Source of the DNA: Patescibacteria group bacterium
GTDB lineage: Bacteria > Patescibacteriota > Patescibacteriia > JAXHNJ01
Length of the DNA stretch: 64,000 bases
Assembly (NCBI GenBank): GCA_043812155.1
Contig: JBDRMK010000030.1
Location: forward strand, 8,407-72,406
Direction: 5' to 3'
Shown here: positions 30,604 to 41,785 of the stretch, piece by piece
Numbering within the stretch: position 1 is the first letter of the stretch
Layout: every line of letters starts with the position of its first letter
The notes under the pieces: generated by a model
What the model was told of the DNA's origin: nothing
Databases searched by the model: none
What the model saw: only the letters and a program-made list of their open reading frames with translations
Translations under genes and position numbers: made by a program

Positions 30604-31983
30604 TTAAACTTTGGGCAGATATTTTTCAATATATACTTCTTTAACACGCTTGAGCTCTGAACGCGGCAGGATAGATAAAAGTTTCCAGCCCAGGTCCAGA
30701 GTTTGGATTATCGTCCGGTCTTCATTCAGCCCCTGCCGGACGAATTTATCCTCAAATTCATCCGCGAATTTAGAGAATTTTTTATCGTCTTCTGAGAGGG
30801 CCGCTTCGCCCAAAATAACGGCCAGCTCTTTGGCTTCTTTGCCCCGGGCGTAGGCGGCGAACAATTGGTTTAAGACGCCGGCATGGTCTTCGCGGGTTTT
30901 TCCTTCACCAATGCCTTTGTCTTTCAAGCGGGAAAGTGAGGGCAGGACATCCACGGGGGGATAAATGCCTTTGCGGTGGAGTTCCCGGGAAAGCAGGATC
31001 TGTCCTTCAGTAATATAGCCGGTTAAATCAGGAATGGGATGGGTTTTGTCGTCTTCCGGCATGGTTAAGATGGGAATCTGAGTAATGGAGCCTTTTTTGC
31101 CTTTGATCCGGCCGGCTCGTTCTTAAATCGTGGAAAGATCGGTGTAGAGATAGCCGGGATAGCCGCGGCGACCGGGGATTTCTTTGCGGGCGGCGGAGAT
31201 CTCGCGCAGGGCTTCGCAGTAGTTGGTCATGTCGGTCATAATAACAAGGACATGCAGGTTTTTTTCAAAAGCCAGATATTCGGCCGTGGTCAGGGCGATG
31301 CGGGGCAGGGTTATGCGTTCTACCACCGGATCATCGGCTAAATTGACGAAAAGCACGGCCCGGGCAATGGCGCCGGTCGCTTTGAATTCATTGATGAAAT
31401 ATTCGGATTCTTCAAAAGTGATGCCCATGGCGCAAAAAACCACGGCGAATTCCGATTTTTCCCCTTGGCCGATCACCTTTGCTTGCCGGGCGATCTGACT
31501 GGCCAGGGCAGAATGGGGTAGACCGGAGCCGGAAAAAATGGGAAGCTTCTGGCCGCGCACCAGGGTGTTAAGCCCGTCAATCGTGGAAATGCCCGTTTGA
31601 ATAAAATCATTGGGATAATCGCGGGCAAAAGGGTTGATCGGCGAGCCATTAATGTCTAGTTTCTTTTCCGGGATGATTTTCGGGCCGCCGTCTCTGGGGT
31701 TGCCTGACCCGGAAAAAACCCGGCCGAGCATGTCGGAAGATACGCCGATCTCCATGGTTTTTCCCAAAAATTTCGCTTTGGTGTTTTCTACCTGCAGTCC
31801 CCGAGTTTCTTCAAACATTTGGACTATTGCGGATTTTTCTGAAATTTCCAAGACCCGGCCCCGTCTTTTTTCTCCGGACGGCAATTCCACTTCCACCATT
31901 TCCTGGTATTTCACGCCTTCAACTCCTTCAACAATCAAGAGGGGGCCGGCGATCTCTTTTATGGTTTTATATTCTTTTAACAT
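30604..31983 (-). pseudogene. ntpB: V/A-type ATPase subunit B interrupted by one in-frame TAA
   Basis: Reads [30 protein letters not shown] at 31125-31123 replaces the conserved Tyr and the frame is otherwise intact (459 codons). Confidence 0.85.
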
Positions 31984-31990
31984 AAGTTTA

Positions 31991-33751
31991 TTAAGTTAGT
32001 TGATTTAAAGATTGTTCAATTTCTCGGGCAATTTTTTCAAATTCGGATAATTTATTTTCCGGGATCTGGGGAGACTTGGTGATTTTTTCCTTGACCGAAA
32101 GTGAGATGATTGCTTCCAGCTCTTTGCCCTTATCCAAGGCTTCATTGGCTTTTTCATGGAAATACAGAATATTCTTCAGCATGAGGTATTGTTTTTTCAT
32201 GGAAGTATAGGTGTCAACGGCGTCAAAGGCGTTTTGATGGAGAAAATCCTCGCGGATGGCTTTGGCCGTGTTCAAAACCAGCTGTTCTTTGGCGGAAAGA
32301 GCGTCAAGTCCGACCAGGCGGACGATCTCTTCTAAAGCCGCTTCTTCCTGAAGCAGGCCCATGGCTTTGACGCGCAAAGCCGGCCATTCTTCCGCCACGT
32401 TCTTTTTTAAATATTCTTCAATATCTTCAAGGTATAAAGAGTAGGAGGTCAGCCAGCTGATGGCCGGGAAGTGTCGCTTAAAAGCGAGCTTGTCATCCAG
32501 GCCCCAGAATACCTTGACCACGCGCAGGGTGTTTTGAGTGACCGGTTCGGACAAATCGCCGCCCGGAGGGGAAACGGCGCCGACCACGGTCAGGGAGCCT
32601 TTCCTTCCTTCGCGGCCCAAGCATTTGACCAGCCCCGCTCTTTCGTAAAAACTGGCGGTCCGGGAGCCTAAGTAGGCGGGATAGCCTTCTTCTCCTGGCA
32701 TTTCTTCCAAGCGGCCGGACATTTCGCGCAAGGCTTCGGCCCAGCGGGAAGTGGAGTCAGCCATTAAAGCGACTTTATAGCCCATGTCCCGGAAATATTC
32801 GGCAATAGTAATGCCGGTATAAACAGAGGCTTCGCGGGCGGCCACCGGCATATTGGAAGTGTTGGCGATCAGAACGGTTCTTTCCATCAGCGGTTTTCCG
32901 GATTTTGGGTCTTTTAATTCGGGAAATTCCTGCAAGACGTCCGTCATTTCATTGCCGCGTTCGCCGCAGCCGATGAAAATAATGATATCGGCGTCCGCCC
33001 ATTTGGCCAGCTGGTGCTGGACCACGGTTTTGCCTGAGCCGAAAGGGCCGGGGACGCAGGCGGTACCGCCTTTGGTCACGGGAAAGAAAGCGTCAATGAC
33101 CCGCTGGCCGGTAATCAAGGGTTCAGTCGGGACCATTTTTTCTTTGGTCGGCCTTGCTTGCCGGATCGGCCAGGTTTGCTTCATGGTAAGCGGATGGATT
33201 TTTCCTTTTTCGTCTTCAATTTCCGCCACGGTTTCTTTATTAGTAAATGAACCGTCTGAGATTTTTTTAACGGTTCCTTTTAAAAGGGTCGGGGTAACCA
33301 TGATCTTATGTTCAATCAAAGAAGTTTCTTTGACCGTGCCGAGCACGTCTCCGGCCTCCACAGCCTCGCCGGTTTTGACCGAAGGCTTGAAATTCCATTT
33401 TTTATCTTCATTCAAGGCCGGCACTTCTATACCGCGGGTGATGTAGTCGCCGGCTTTGGCGGCGATGCTGCTCAAGGGCCTTTGGATGCCGTCATAAATT
33501 GAGGTAAGCAAACCCGGGCCCAAATCCACGGACATCGGTTTTTCCGTTCTAAAAACCGGTTCGTCCGGCCCCAGGCCTGAAGTTTCTTCATAAACTTGGA
33601 TATAAGCCTGGTCGCCTTTTAATTGGATGATTTCGCCGATCAGTTTTTCTTTTGAGACTTTGACCACTTCATACATTTTGGCGCCCTCCATGCCCGAAGC
33701 GACGACCAGGGGACCGGAGACTTTGATGATTTTGCCTTGTTTCTCTGTCAT
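31991..33751 (-). CDS. ntpA: V/A-type ATPase subunit A
   Basis: [38 protein letters not shown]. Confidence 0.97.
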   Translation of the reverse strand: MTEKQGKIIKVSGPLVVASGMEGAKMYEVVKVSKEKLIGEIIQLKGDQAYIQVYEETSGLGPDEPVFRTEKPMSVDLGPGLLTSIYDGIQRPLSSIAAKAGDYITRGIEVPALNEDKKWNFKPSVKTGEAVEAGDVLGTVKETSLIEHKIMVTPTLLKGTVKKISDGSFTNKETVAEIEDEKGKIHPLTMKQTWPIRQARPTKEKMVPTEPLITGQRVIDAFFPVTKGGTACVPGPFGSGKTVVQHQLAKWADADIIIFIGCGERGNEMTDVLQEFPELKDPKSGKPLMERTVLIANTSNMPVAAREASVYTGITIAEYFRDMGYKVALMADSTSRWAEALREMSGRLEEMPGEEGYPAYLGSRTASFYERAGLVKCLGREGRKGSLTVVGAVSPPGGDLSEPVTQNTLRVVKVFWGLDDKLAFKRHFPAISWLTSYSLYLEDIEEYLKKNVAEEWPALRVKAMGLLQEEAALEEIVRLVGLDALSAKEQLVLNTAKAIREDFLHQNAFDAVDTYTSMKKQYLMLKNILYFHEKANEALDKGKELEAIISLSVKEKITKSPQIPENKLSEFEKIAREIEQSLNQLT

Positions 33752-33783
33752 AATATTTTAGTTATGTTGTTAATTTATTTATT

Positions 33784-33858
33784 TAGACAATTGACAGTAG
33801 ACAATAGGATATAAGTCTAACATTCCTGTCTAATGTCAAATGTCTATTTTCTAATGTC
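33784..33858. repeat. Inverted TAGACAN-period array
   Basis: TAGACAA TTGACAG TAGACAA ... TGTCTAA TGTCAAA TGTCTAT. Confidence 0.75.
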
Positions 33859-34194
33859 CTATTTATTAAAAAGAATGTCCGAGCCGACGGCCTGCTCCAC
33901 GATCTTTCTTAGATTCTTTAGGCCCGCGCCGGTGGTGCCGTGCTGGCTGGGAATGGAAATAACCGCGGGCAATGTAAGTTTTTGCAGTTTTTCTATTTCT
34001 TTGCCCGCTTTTTCGTACCAGTTTTCCGTGATAAAAACGATGGCAAAATTTTCTTTTTCTATTTTTTGGATAGCGTTCTTTACTTCTTCAATATTAAAAA
34101 CCCCGAAAGTTTCCACGCCTAAGGCGGAGAAACCCAAGATTGAATTTGGGGAACCGATCAGGGCGATTTTATATTTTTTGTTATTTTCTACCAT
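33859..34194 (-). CDS. ntpF: V/A-type ATPase subunit F
   Basis: KIALIG...GFSALG...VEQAVGSDI. Confidence 0.92.
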   Translation of the reverse strand: MVENNKKYKIALIGSPNSILGFSALGVETFGVFNIEEVKNAIQKIEKENFAIVFITENWYEKAGKEIEKLQKLTLPAVISIPSQHGTTGAGLKNLRKIVEQAVGSDILFNK

Positions 34195-35174
34195 AATTCT
34201 CTCAGCCTTTCTTTAATTTCAGCCGGCGGAACGCCGTTCAATTTGCCGGTCATGATCAGCCTGACCTGGCGCAGGGCGTTTTTATTGGCGTAATAATAGG
34301 CGACTGCCACTTCCGGGCCGTAAGGAAATCTTTTTGTTTCTTTAAGAAAATCCAGCTCATAATTTTCAAAAGCCTGTTCCAGCCGCCACAAATTCTGGTT
34401 TTCCAGGTAGGCTTCAATAATCGGCCGGAATTTATTTTCAAAATAGAAGCAGCAGGCGTCCAGGGCTTCTTTTGGCTCTTTGTCGTATGAGGCCAGCAGG
34501 TCTTTTTTGGGGATTCGGCCGCCGGGAATGATCTCTTCGGCCAGCCATTTGGCGTCTTTTTTGAGTCTTTTCGCTCTTAAGAATATTTTAATATTGGCTA
34601 GAGTGATCTGGAGCTTGAGAAAATCAGAAATATAATTATTATTTATGGCGGCCGCCGTCTTATCAAGATAAGAAAACATTTCTTTATCAAAGAAAGAGTC
34701 AATACGATGAGGGGAGTTGTCCTGGGAAAATAAATCTTTCGTTTTTTCAATGATTTTAGATAGATGAGGCGGCAGGTCAACTTTTGCTCCGCTTAAGATA
34801 TGATTTCTTAAACTTTCGGAAGGGATGGTGCCGACCGGGCTTTCTTCCTCTTTCAGATCCTGGTGGCTGTACTTTGACTTGAAAATAACTTTTAGGTTGT
34901 GGAAATCAAAGCGGCTGAAAAGAAAGGCCAGCAGCCGGGAATCATTAAGCAGGTTTTCAAACATCAGTTTGGTTTGTTTAAGATCCTCGTTCAGGGCTTT
35001 TTGGAAATCCCGGGGAGCCACTTCCAAAAGATTATCCGCGTATGCCGTGTCGTTAAAGACGCGAAAAGCGGCCTCCAAGGAAGGCGCGTCAATCATTCTT
35101 TCCATGTCGTTCTGATTGAGCAGCTTGCTTTCGAGGCTTTTTAAGAGTCCGAAGATGTAGGGGTAATCAGCCAT
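34188..35174 (-). CDS. ntpC: V/A-type ATPase subunit C
   Basis: DFHNLK, VRLIMTGKLNG...IKERLRE, operon position. Confidence 0.88.
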   Translation of the reverse strand: MADYPYIFGLLKSLESKLLNQNDMERMIDAPSLEAAFRVFNDTAYADNLLEVAPRDFQKALNEDLKQTKLMFENLLNDSRLLAFLFSRFDFHNLKVIFKSKYSHQDLKEEESPVGTIPSESLRNHILSGAKVDLPPHLSKIIEKTKDLFSQDNSPHRIDSFFDKEMFSYLDKTAAAINNNYISDFLKLQITLANIKIFLRAKRLKKDAKWLAEEIIPGGRIPKKDLLASYDKEPKEALDACCFYFENKFRPIIEAYLENQNLWRLEQAFENYELDFLKETKRFPYGPEVAVAYYYANKNALRQVRLIMTGKLNGVPPAEIKERLRELW

Positions 35175-35224
35175 CGGCTAGATATTGAGATATTAAGCGA
35201 TTAAGATATTAAGATTTTAGGGCA

Positions 35225-35785
35225 TTAATTGAAAAGAATCTGAGCGACTTCGGTTTCCAGCTCGTCCCGGCTTTGGTCGATCAGGGTTTCGTAGCGATTG
35301 TCAATTTCCAGTTTCGGTGAAGAAAAAATAAAACCTGCCTGGCCCGGGATATTTTCTGAAGCCAAGGGAAAATGACCGTGAGCCAGGATTTTTTTAAGCC
35401 AAGCGTGGCTTGCTTTGGTGGCGATTATTTTTCCTTCTTTTTCCCGGGGCAGTCTGTCTATCAGTTGCTGGAGAAGCTTGGTTTGACTGTTTTCCGGCCG
35501 ATCGGCCAATTGGGTGGCGCTTTCGGAGAAAATCGCGGCCAGGATTTTTTGTTTTTCCGCCAGGATCCTTGATTTCTTTTCGTTTTCCGCCTGAAATTTT
35601 GCCTGTTCTATTTTTTTGGCCGCCTCTTTTTTTTCTTCTACCAGGATATTTTCCTGATAGATCTTTTCCCGGCGGCGGTAGTCTTCTTTTAAAGCGGCGA
35701 CTTTCTTTTTTCCCTCTTCTTGGATCTTTTTTATCTCTTCCTCGGCTTCTAAGACGAGGCTTTTTAGCAGTTGTTCTAAAGCCAT
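35225..35785 (-). CDS. ntpE: V/A-type ATPase subunit E
   Basis: Coiled-coil N-terminus, C-terminal EVAQILF, operon position. Confidence 0.8.
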   Translation of the reverse strand: MALEQLLKSLVLEAEEEIKKIQEEGKKKVAALKEDYRRREKIYQENILVEEKKEAAKKIEQAKFQAENEKKSRILAEKQKILAAIFSESATQLADRPENSQTKLLQQLIDRLPREKEGKIIATKASHAWLKKILAHGHFPLASENIPGQAGFIFSSPKLEIDNRYETLIDQSRDELETEVAQILFN

Positions 35786-35790
35786 AAAAT

Positions 35791-36282
<492 letters not shown>

Positions 36283-38250
36283 TTATTCTTTATTAATAAT
36301 TCTTAAATATTTTGAGGTTTTTTTAAAAAAACGGAAACGGCTGCCGCCGCCTTCCATGAATTTGGGGAAAAATTCCACGAACTGAAGCCGGCCGGAATGG
36401 ATGAAAGCGCCTAAGGAATTGATGGCGATATTAAAAATGTGGCCGCCGATCAGGATCAGAACAGCGAACAGATAGCCGACAAAGGGGATCATATCAATGG
36501 CCAGCCCGGCAATAAGATTGATGACCATGGCGATGATGCCAGTGGCCAGGCCCAAGGCGAGCAGCCGGGAGTAGGAAAGAGTGTCGGAAAGATAATTAAC
36601 CGCGCCGTATAAACTGTAAAGGCCGAGCAGGGGTTTTAAGAAAATATTTTTGGTCTGGCGGCCATTGGCGACAATGAGAGCGAGGACCGCGGCCAGCAGG
36701 AGATAAAGAAGAAAAGGATTTAAAGAGGCCGGAAGGACATTTACTTTTGCCAAAACCCAAAGGATCAAAATAAGCAAGCCTGAAAACCAAAGCCCCGGGC
36801 CTAACAAGCCTTCCGTTGCTTTTTTATGTTTTATTTTCCAGAAGCAGCTGATAAGCAGACCGGTCAGGATCTGGATAAGGCCGAAGCAAAAAGCGATGAG
36901 CAGGACCAGCAGGGGATTTTTGATCGGGTCTATAACTTTAAAAAATTCCACGAATTGCCGGAACCAATTATGAGACATGGTCGAGATGTCAATGCCGAAC
37001 CAGCTGCCGAACAGGGCGCCGACGATCAGAGTGGAAAGGCCGCCGTAGAAAAGCAGCCGGATAAGTTTCATTTCTGAAGCGGGTTTTTTGCTGATTTTCA
37101 GCATGGCGAACATCAGCGAACTGATGACCAGGCCGTAGCCGGCGTCGGAAACGCAGAAGCCAAAAAATATAAAAAAGAAGGGCGCCAGGTACGGAGTCGG
37201 GTCTGGCTCAGAAGGAAGGGGCATGCCGTAGATGCCGGTAACTGATTCAAAAGGCTCGATCAGATTATTATTTCTGATGACCACGGGCGGGTTTTCTCCT
37301 TCTTCCAGCGCCATTTTTTCCAGAGCGAAATTAGGGGTAATGGCCGCCATTTTATCCGATAAAACCTCGGCAAAACATTCTTCCATGAAAAAAAGCAAAG
37401 CAAAAGTTTTTTGCGTGCCGGTGGCTTTGTCCAAGGCTTCTTTCTGCTCTTTTTTCCAGGCCAGGTAATCGGAGACCAGCCGCAAATTGGGCAGATGAAG
37501 AGTGAGTTTCTTGATCTTATTTGCCAGTTCCTCCTTGTCTTTTTCCGCTTTGATTATTTCCCGCTGGCAGATCTCGGTTTCCCCCCGCGCCTGGCACTGG
37601 ACGGCCGGGATCTGAGCGGACTTGAAATCGAATTTAACCAATAAATCCTTGATATTTTTTTCCAGCTCTTTTTTATAGATCAAGGCGAAATGGACTTCGC
37701 GGTTCCCGATGTAAGATTTTTCAAAAGCGATATTTTTAAGTTTTTCCGTCGCTCTTAAAAACTCATCGTAATTATTTTCATTGACCGAGCCCAGAATGAT
37801 CTTGGTCTTTTCCGTTTCGATTTCGTTCTTCGGGATAAAATCCAGGTTGATCCAGGCGGCCATGATATTTTTCAGGCTTTTTTGCTTTTCAATAGTGCTT
37901 TCCAGCGCGTTAAGATTCGCTTCCGCTTCTTCGCAATCCGCCACCACTTTTTCGTAATCAAAATCCTTTACGAATTTGTTAAAATCTTTTTCTGTGAAAG
38001 CGGTTTTTTCCGGCAGCAGCTTTTTTTTCAATGGGATTTTTGCCGTGTCGTAAGGCGCTAAAAAATTCAGGGCGAAAACGACCTGGGCCAGAAGATATTC
38101 GGGATTGCTGTTTTGCTTGGCCTTCAGTTTTTCTTTCTTCTCCCAGTTTTCTATTTGGCAGGCGCCGAAATTATGGAGCAATTCAATGACCGCTTCCTGG
38201 TGGGCAAGAAGGGAGGTAAGGGCATATTTTGCGACGGGACTTTGCGCCAT
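36283..38250 (-). CDS. ntpI: V/A-type ATPase subunit I
   Basis: DPTP...FFG...DAGYG, LSYSRLLAL, RLQFVEFF. Confidence 0.95.
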   Translation of the reverse strand: MAQSPVAKYALTSLLAHQEAVIELLHNFGACQIENWEKKEKLKAKQNSNPEYLLAQVVFALNFLAPYDTAKIPLKKKLLPEKTAFTEKDFNKFVKDFDYEKVVADCEEAEANLNALESTIEKQKSLKNIMAAWINLDFIPKNEIETEKTKIILGSVNENNYDEFLRATEKLKNIAFEKSYIGNREVHFALIYKKELEKNIKDLLVKFDFKSAQIPAVQCQARGETEICQREIIKAEKDKEELANKIKKLTLHLPNLRLVSDYLAWKKEQKEALDKATGTQKTFALLFFMEECFAEVLSDKMAAITPNFALEKMALEEGENPPVVIRNNNLIEPFESVTGIYGMPLPSEPDPTPYLAPFFFIFFGFCVSDAGYGLVISSLMFAMLKISKKPASEMKLIRLLFYGGLSTLIVGALFGSWFGIDISTMSHNWFRQFVEFFKVIDPIKNPLLVLLIAFCFGLIQILTGLLISCFWKIKHKKATEGLLGPGLWFSGLLILILWVLAKVNVLPASLNPFLLYLLLAAVLALIVANGRQTKNIFLKPLLGLYSLYGAVNYLSDTLSYSRLLALGLATGIIAMVINLIAGLAIDMIPFVGYLFAVLILIGGHIFNIAINSLGAFIHSGRLQFVEFFPKFMEGGGSRFRFFKKTSKYLRIINKE

Positions 38251-38271
38251 TTCTTTATCTTTATTATGCTT

Positions 38272-38586
38272 CTAATTGATTATTTTTCGGACAATCTGAT
38301 CAACCGCTTTTTGTTTTTTTTCCGGCGGTATCCGGCGGATTTTTTCCAATTCTTTCTCGGCCTCTTCTTTGATATTTTTCCTGATTCTTTCGATTGACCG
38401 GTCTGTTTCCGCCATGATCGCCTTAATTTCCTTGTCCAGGGATTTTTTTGCCATGGAAATTTTTTCTTCTCCTGCCGCTTTTTCCTTCGCCATCTCATCG
38501 TTGATCATATTTTCGACTTTTTGCTTCAGCTTTTCCGCCTTTTTTTCTTCTTCCTGGATCCGATCCAAGGTATTTTTTTGGGTCAT
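38272..38586 (-). CDS. V/A-type ATPase subunit G/H
   Basis: 104-aa E/K-rich helix at the head of the operon. Confidence 0.7.
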   Translation of the reverse strand: MTQKNTLDRIQEEEKKAEKLKQKVENMINDEMAKEKAAGEEKISMAKKSLDKEIKAIMAETDRSIERIRKNIKEEAEKELEKIRRIPPEKKQKAVDQIVRKIIN

Positions 38587-38762
38587 AAATTGGGCTAAAT
38601 ATTAAAAAATCAAGTTTCTATTATACTGTTTTTTATATAAAAAATCAAGGGGAATCATGTGGATAAGTGATTCATTGGTAAATTTAGCTTATTTTAGGGA
38701 AAAAGTCTACCCCCTTTAAAAATTTATTGGCTTATTATAGCAAAAAAATATATAATATAGGT

Positions 38763-39461
38763 ATGAATTTACGAAAAATATACCGTCAATTATCGCAAAA
38801 ATACGGTCCTCAGGACTGGTGGCCTCTGTTAGATATCAAGATGTTGAGATATCGAGATATTTCCGCCCGAGGCGGACCGGCCTTGGGCCGGAAGATATCA
38901 AGAAAGAAAATTAAGGTATTTTCTGAGAAAAACATGTTTGAGGTCTGCCTGGGCGCGATCTTGACCCAGAATACGAATTGGAAAAATGTGGAGAAAGCCA
39001 TTTTAAATTTAAAAAGAAAAAAAATATTATCCCCAAGAAAAATATTAAATACGCCGCCAGGTAAATTAAGGGGGCTAATTCGTTCTTCCGGCTATTACAA
39101 TGAAAAAACCAAAAAGCTTATGACATATAGCTTATGGCTTATGGATAATTATAAGGGAAGTTTAAAGAAATTTTTTAAGCAATCATTAAAAAAGTGCCGC
39201 GAAGAATTGCTGGCGGTCCATGGCATCGGGCCGGAAACTGCCGACTCAATTTTATTATATGCCGGCCGCAAACCTTCTTTTGTCATTGACGCCTATACCA
39301 GGAGACTTTGTAAAAAATACGGAGTGGAATTCAAGACGTATGACGAGTACAAAGAATATTTTGAAAAGCGTTTGCCAAAGTCGTATAAATTGTATAATGA
39401 ATTCCACGCGCTGATTGTGCAATGGGGTAAGAATAATTCTTCAATCAGGAAGGTAGACTGA
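38763..39461 (+). CDS. HhH-GPD / endonuclease III-related DNA glycosylase
   Basis: WWP, GAILTQNT.W.NV, GIGPETADSILLYA, VIDAYTRR, EFHALIV. Repeat insertion near the N-terminus. Confidence 0.92.
   Translation: MNLRKIYRQLSQKYGPQDWWPLLDIKMLRYRDISARGGPALGRKISRKKIKVFSEKNMFEVCLGAILTQNTNWKNVEKAILNLKRKKILSPRKILNTPPGKLRGLIRSSGYYNEKTKKLMTYSLWLMDNYKGSLKKFFKQSLKKCREELLAVHGIGPETADSILLYAGRKPSFVIDAYTRRLCKKYGVEFKTYDEYKEYFEKRLPKSYKLYNEFHALIVQWGKNNSSIRKVD
38862..38891. repeat. 30-bp double-hairpin element, in-frame and nested in an 8-mer array
   Basis: TCCGCC-CGA-GGCGGA CCGGCC-TTG-GGCCGG, encoding SARGGPALGR. Confidence 0.9.
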
Positions 39462-39483
39462 TCAGTCTACCTTCCGTTTTTTT
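39448..39483 (+). terminator. Intrinsic terminator
   Basis: Perfect 28-bp palindrome GGAAGGTAGACTGA/TCAGTCTACCTTCC followed by a T-run. Confidence 0.75.
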
Positions 39484-39605
39484 GAAGTTGTCTTTCGTAT
39501 CTTTTATAGTGCCGGCTTTCTAGCCTGCGCTGGTCTTCAAAATAAAAAGCGCCCGCGTTGTAAGATCGCTGGCGCAAATAGAAATATATATTCTGATCGG
39601 TTAAT

Positions 39606-39764
39606 TCAACTTTTCACGAATATATGTTTGAAAAGAGGACCAAGAGGAATCCAAACTCCGTATAGTATACGGATAGAGATAACCAGTGTTCCTAAGAAGT
39701 ATATACCTAATAGACAGTAAATAACGGCTAAATTCGCTAAAGCCTTTATTATTTCTAGCCACAT
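39606..39764 (-). CDS. 52-aa membrane protein, below the ORF-track cutoff
   Basis: GGGAGG SD, MWLEIIKALANLAVIYCLLGIYFLGTLV... Confidence 0.5.
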   Translation of the reverse strand: MWLEIIKALANLAVIYCLLGIYFLGTLVISIRILYGVWIPLGPLFKHIFVKS

Positions 39765-39916
39765 AGTAATTCCTCCCTTTTTAAAGAACCGAATTTATTT
39801 TATCGGTAATCAGGGGATATGTCAAATAAAGCCCGTTAGAATTCGAATTTTTAACAGGATAAAAAAGCGCCCTTAATCGATCTAAGGGCGCGCGTGTTCC
39901 AATATTTTTCCTGATA

Positions 39917-40312
39917 TCATGAGTCGTCATGATCTCTTTGCGGTGAGCGAGTGAAGCCCAGGCCTTCTTCAACCCGGGCGATTTCCCGAGCGTGCCGGCC
40001 GGAACCGCCATCTTCCAGTCTCAAGCGGACTAGGCGCAGATAGTATTTGAGATAGCTCAGCACTTGACTGACACTTTCCTGGCGATAAAGATTTTCCGCC
40101 AATTTCGGCAGGTTAGGGTCGTCTTTCAGGGGGAAGGGAACCGGCATTCCTACCGAGCAAGGGCCGGATACAAAATGTTCACAAGGGGTTCTCTGGCGGA
40201 GGACTTTCTTTTTCACGGCACAGTCGGGATTATAGATCGTTTCTCTCATATCGGCCCAGGCCGTGGAAAAGTACTTGGCGCAGGTGGGTTGACGTGGACA
40301 GCAATTAGCCAT
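39917..40312 (-). CDS. Cys-motif protein 3
   Basis: Starts MANCCPRQPTC after a GGGAG SD and overlaps the upstream stop (TAATG). Confidence 0.6.
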   Translation of the reverse strand: MANCCPRQPTCAKYFSTAWADMRETIYNPDCAVKKKVLRQRTPCEHFVSGPCSVGMPVPFPLKDDPNLPKLAENLYRQESVSQVLSYLKYYLRLVRLRLEDGGSGRHAREIARVEEGLGFTRSPQRDHDDS

Positions 40313-40518
40313 TATTTCTCCCTTCTTGCCCCCTTTTTTGCCAAAGGATAATTCTTTTTCATTTCGGCTAGGGCCCGTGCGTTTCGGCAGGCGCCGTTTT
40401 TCCAGAACAGGCAAGGGTGATGTTCCCGGCTTTTCTTGTCACCCTCCAGGACACTGGGATGAAAGTAGTGTCGGCATTTTTTCCGGCGCGGACATTTTGG
40501 TTCGTACGGCATAATCAT
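40312..40518 (-). CDS. Cys-motif protein 2
   Basis: GAGAGG SD, CPRRKKCRHY...CLFWKNGAC. Confidence 0.6.
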   Translation of the reverse strand: MIMPYEPKCPRRKKCRHYFHPSVLEGDKKSREHHPCLFWKNGACRNARALAEMKKNYPLAKKGARREK

Positions 40519-40533
40519 ACCTCTCAGTCGTAT

Positions 40534-40707
40534 CTACGCACTGATCACAGTTTTTTCGTGGTGCCTTGAATCGCTGTTACCGCAGATGCCATCCGGGCAA
40601 TACTGACAGGTTTCGTTATTTCGGCACCAGCCGTCTGCAAAAACGATAGCAGTCGGTTTTTTATAGCCCTGGCAGTGAATCTGATGGATGCAAAGATTTT
40701 TAACCAT
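40534..40707 (-). CDS. Cys-motif protein 1
   Basis: CIHQIHCQGY...CQYCPDGIC. Confidence 0.55.
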   Translation of the reverse strand: MVKNLCIHQIHCQGYKKPTAIVFADGWCRNNETCQYCPDGICGNSDSRHHEKTVISA

Positions 40708-40879
40708 ACCTTTTACCCCCGGTTTATTGAAATGAGCGTTGATCAAAATGGATTATAAAATCTTAGCACAATAGCTCTATTAGTCAAATTCAAAAATTAG
40801 CCTTAAATTATTAATAAAAGAAAAACCCTCTTCATGAGAGAAGAGGGTTCGCGCTTATAGCGCTCGAGAACGTGCAGTG

Positions 40880-41785
40880 TTAGTCGACGAACTTTACGAC
40901 CGGGCAGATGTCGTTAAGAAACGCTTTGATCCAAAGGAGAGCAGGATTGCTTTCCTTGACTTTATTGACCGCGCGTTGGGACGGCCACTGTCCGAGACCC
41001 GTCCGGGTTTCCTCCCGTTTTTCCTCGCGGCGATCATGCCAGTCTTCGACGGCATCTTTTCCCGCGCTGACGCCGATAAACACGCCGATAAAAACGACGA
41101 TCACGCCGACGATAAACGGAATAATTGCGACAACCAGATGCTTCAGCCAGCCGTCGAAGATGACGATCGGGCTGACGTACAGAACGACTATCGCCACGAT
41201 GATCAGCGCGAAGACGTAGTTGCGGGAAGCGAGAATCCTTCCCTGTCCGCCGATCTCCGCCAGCTTTTTCATCAATTGCCCGATTGAACGGAAGAACGCG
41301 CCGAGCGTAGACACTGCGAGCCAAGCTCCCAGCAGGCTCAAGATGAAAACAGAGCCTACCCCGACGTACCAGTACCTTATCGCCGGAATACAGAGGGGGG
41401 AAAGGCCGACGATGAGGATGAGCAGGCCGCCGAAGGTCAGAAATCGGTTGACTCGGCAGGTGCACATCCGGCTGAATCCCGGGAAGAGGTACTTCCGGAA
41501 GGGCCAGGCAATTTTCTCCACGGGCCAGATGATCCCATACTCGAAGAGGAACCGGATGGCCTTGGCGAAGTACTTCATCGCCAAGAGAGCCGGGTAGAGT
41601 ATCGGGCAGAACACGAAGGTGGCGAAGACCGCCGGCCAGAACCAGAGGCAAATGTGCGATTCGTCCGGCACGTAGGTGTACCAGCAGCGGTTCTGGCGCA
41701 TGACTTTCCAGCCCCTATAGAGAAGGGATTTTTTCCGGATTTCCGGGGGATGGATGACGTGCGCGATGGTTGATCTGATGGTCAT
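40880..41785 (-). CDS. GC-rich multi-TM hypothetical protein
   Basis: GGAGG SD, ATGA overlap with the upstream gene, hydrophobic segments. Confidence 0.7.
   Translation of the reverse strand: MTIRSTIAHVIHPPEIRKKSLLYRGWKVMRQNRCWYTYVPDESHICLWFWPAVFATFVFCPILYPALLAMKYFAKAIRFLFEYGIIWPVEKIAWPFRKYLFPGFSRMCTCRVNRFLTFGGLLILIVGLSPLCIPAIRYWYVGVGSVFILSLLGAWLAVSTLGAFFRSIGQLMKKLAEIGGQGRILASRNYVFALIIVAIVVLYVSPIVIFDGWLKHLVVAIIPFIVGVIVVFIGVFIGVSAGKDAVEDWHDRREEKREETRTGLGQWPSQRAVNKVKESNPALLWIKAFLNDICPVVKFVD

Noticed and set aside
31123-31125. Stop-codon reassignment
   Set aside because: TAA, TAG and TGA all end conserved genes at expected positions, and this is the only internal stop seen.
40877-41651. Multiple overlapping ORFs in 40.9-41.7 kb
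   Set aside because: Alternative frames of a GC-rich gene. Only 40880-41785(-) has an SD and translational coupling.
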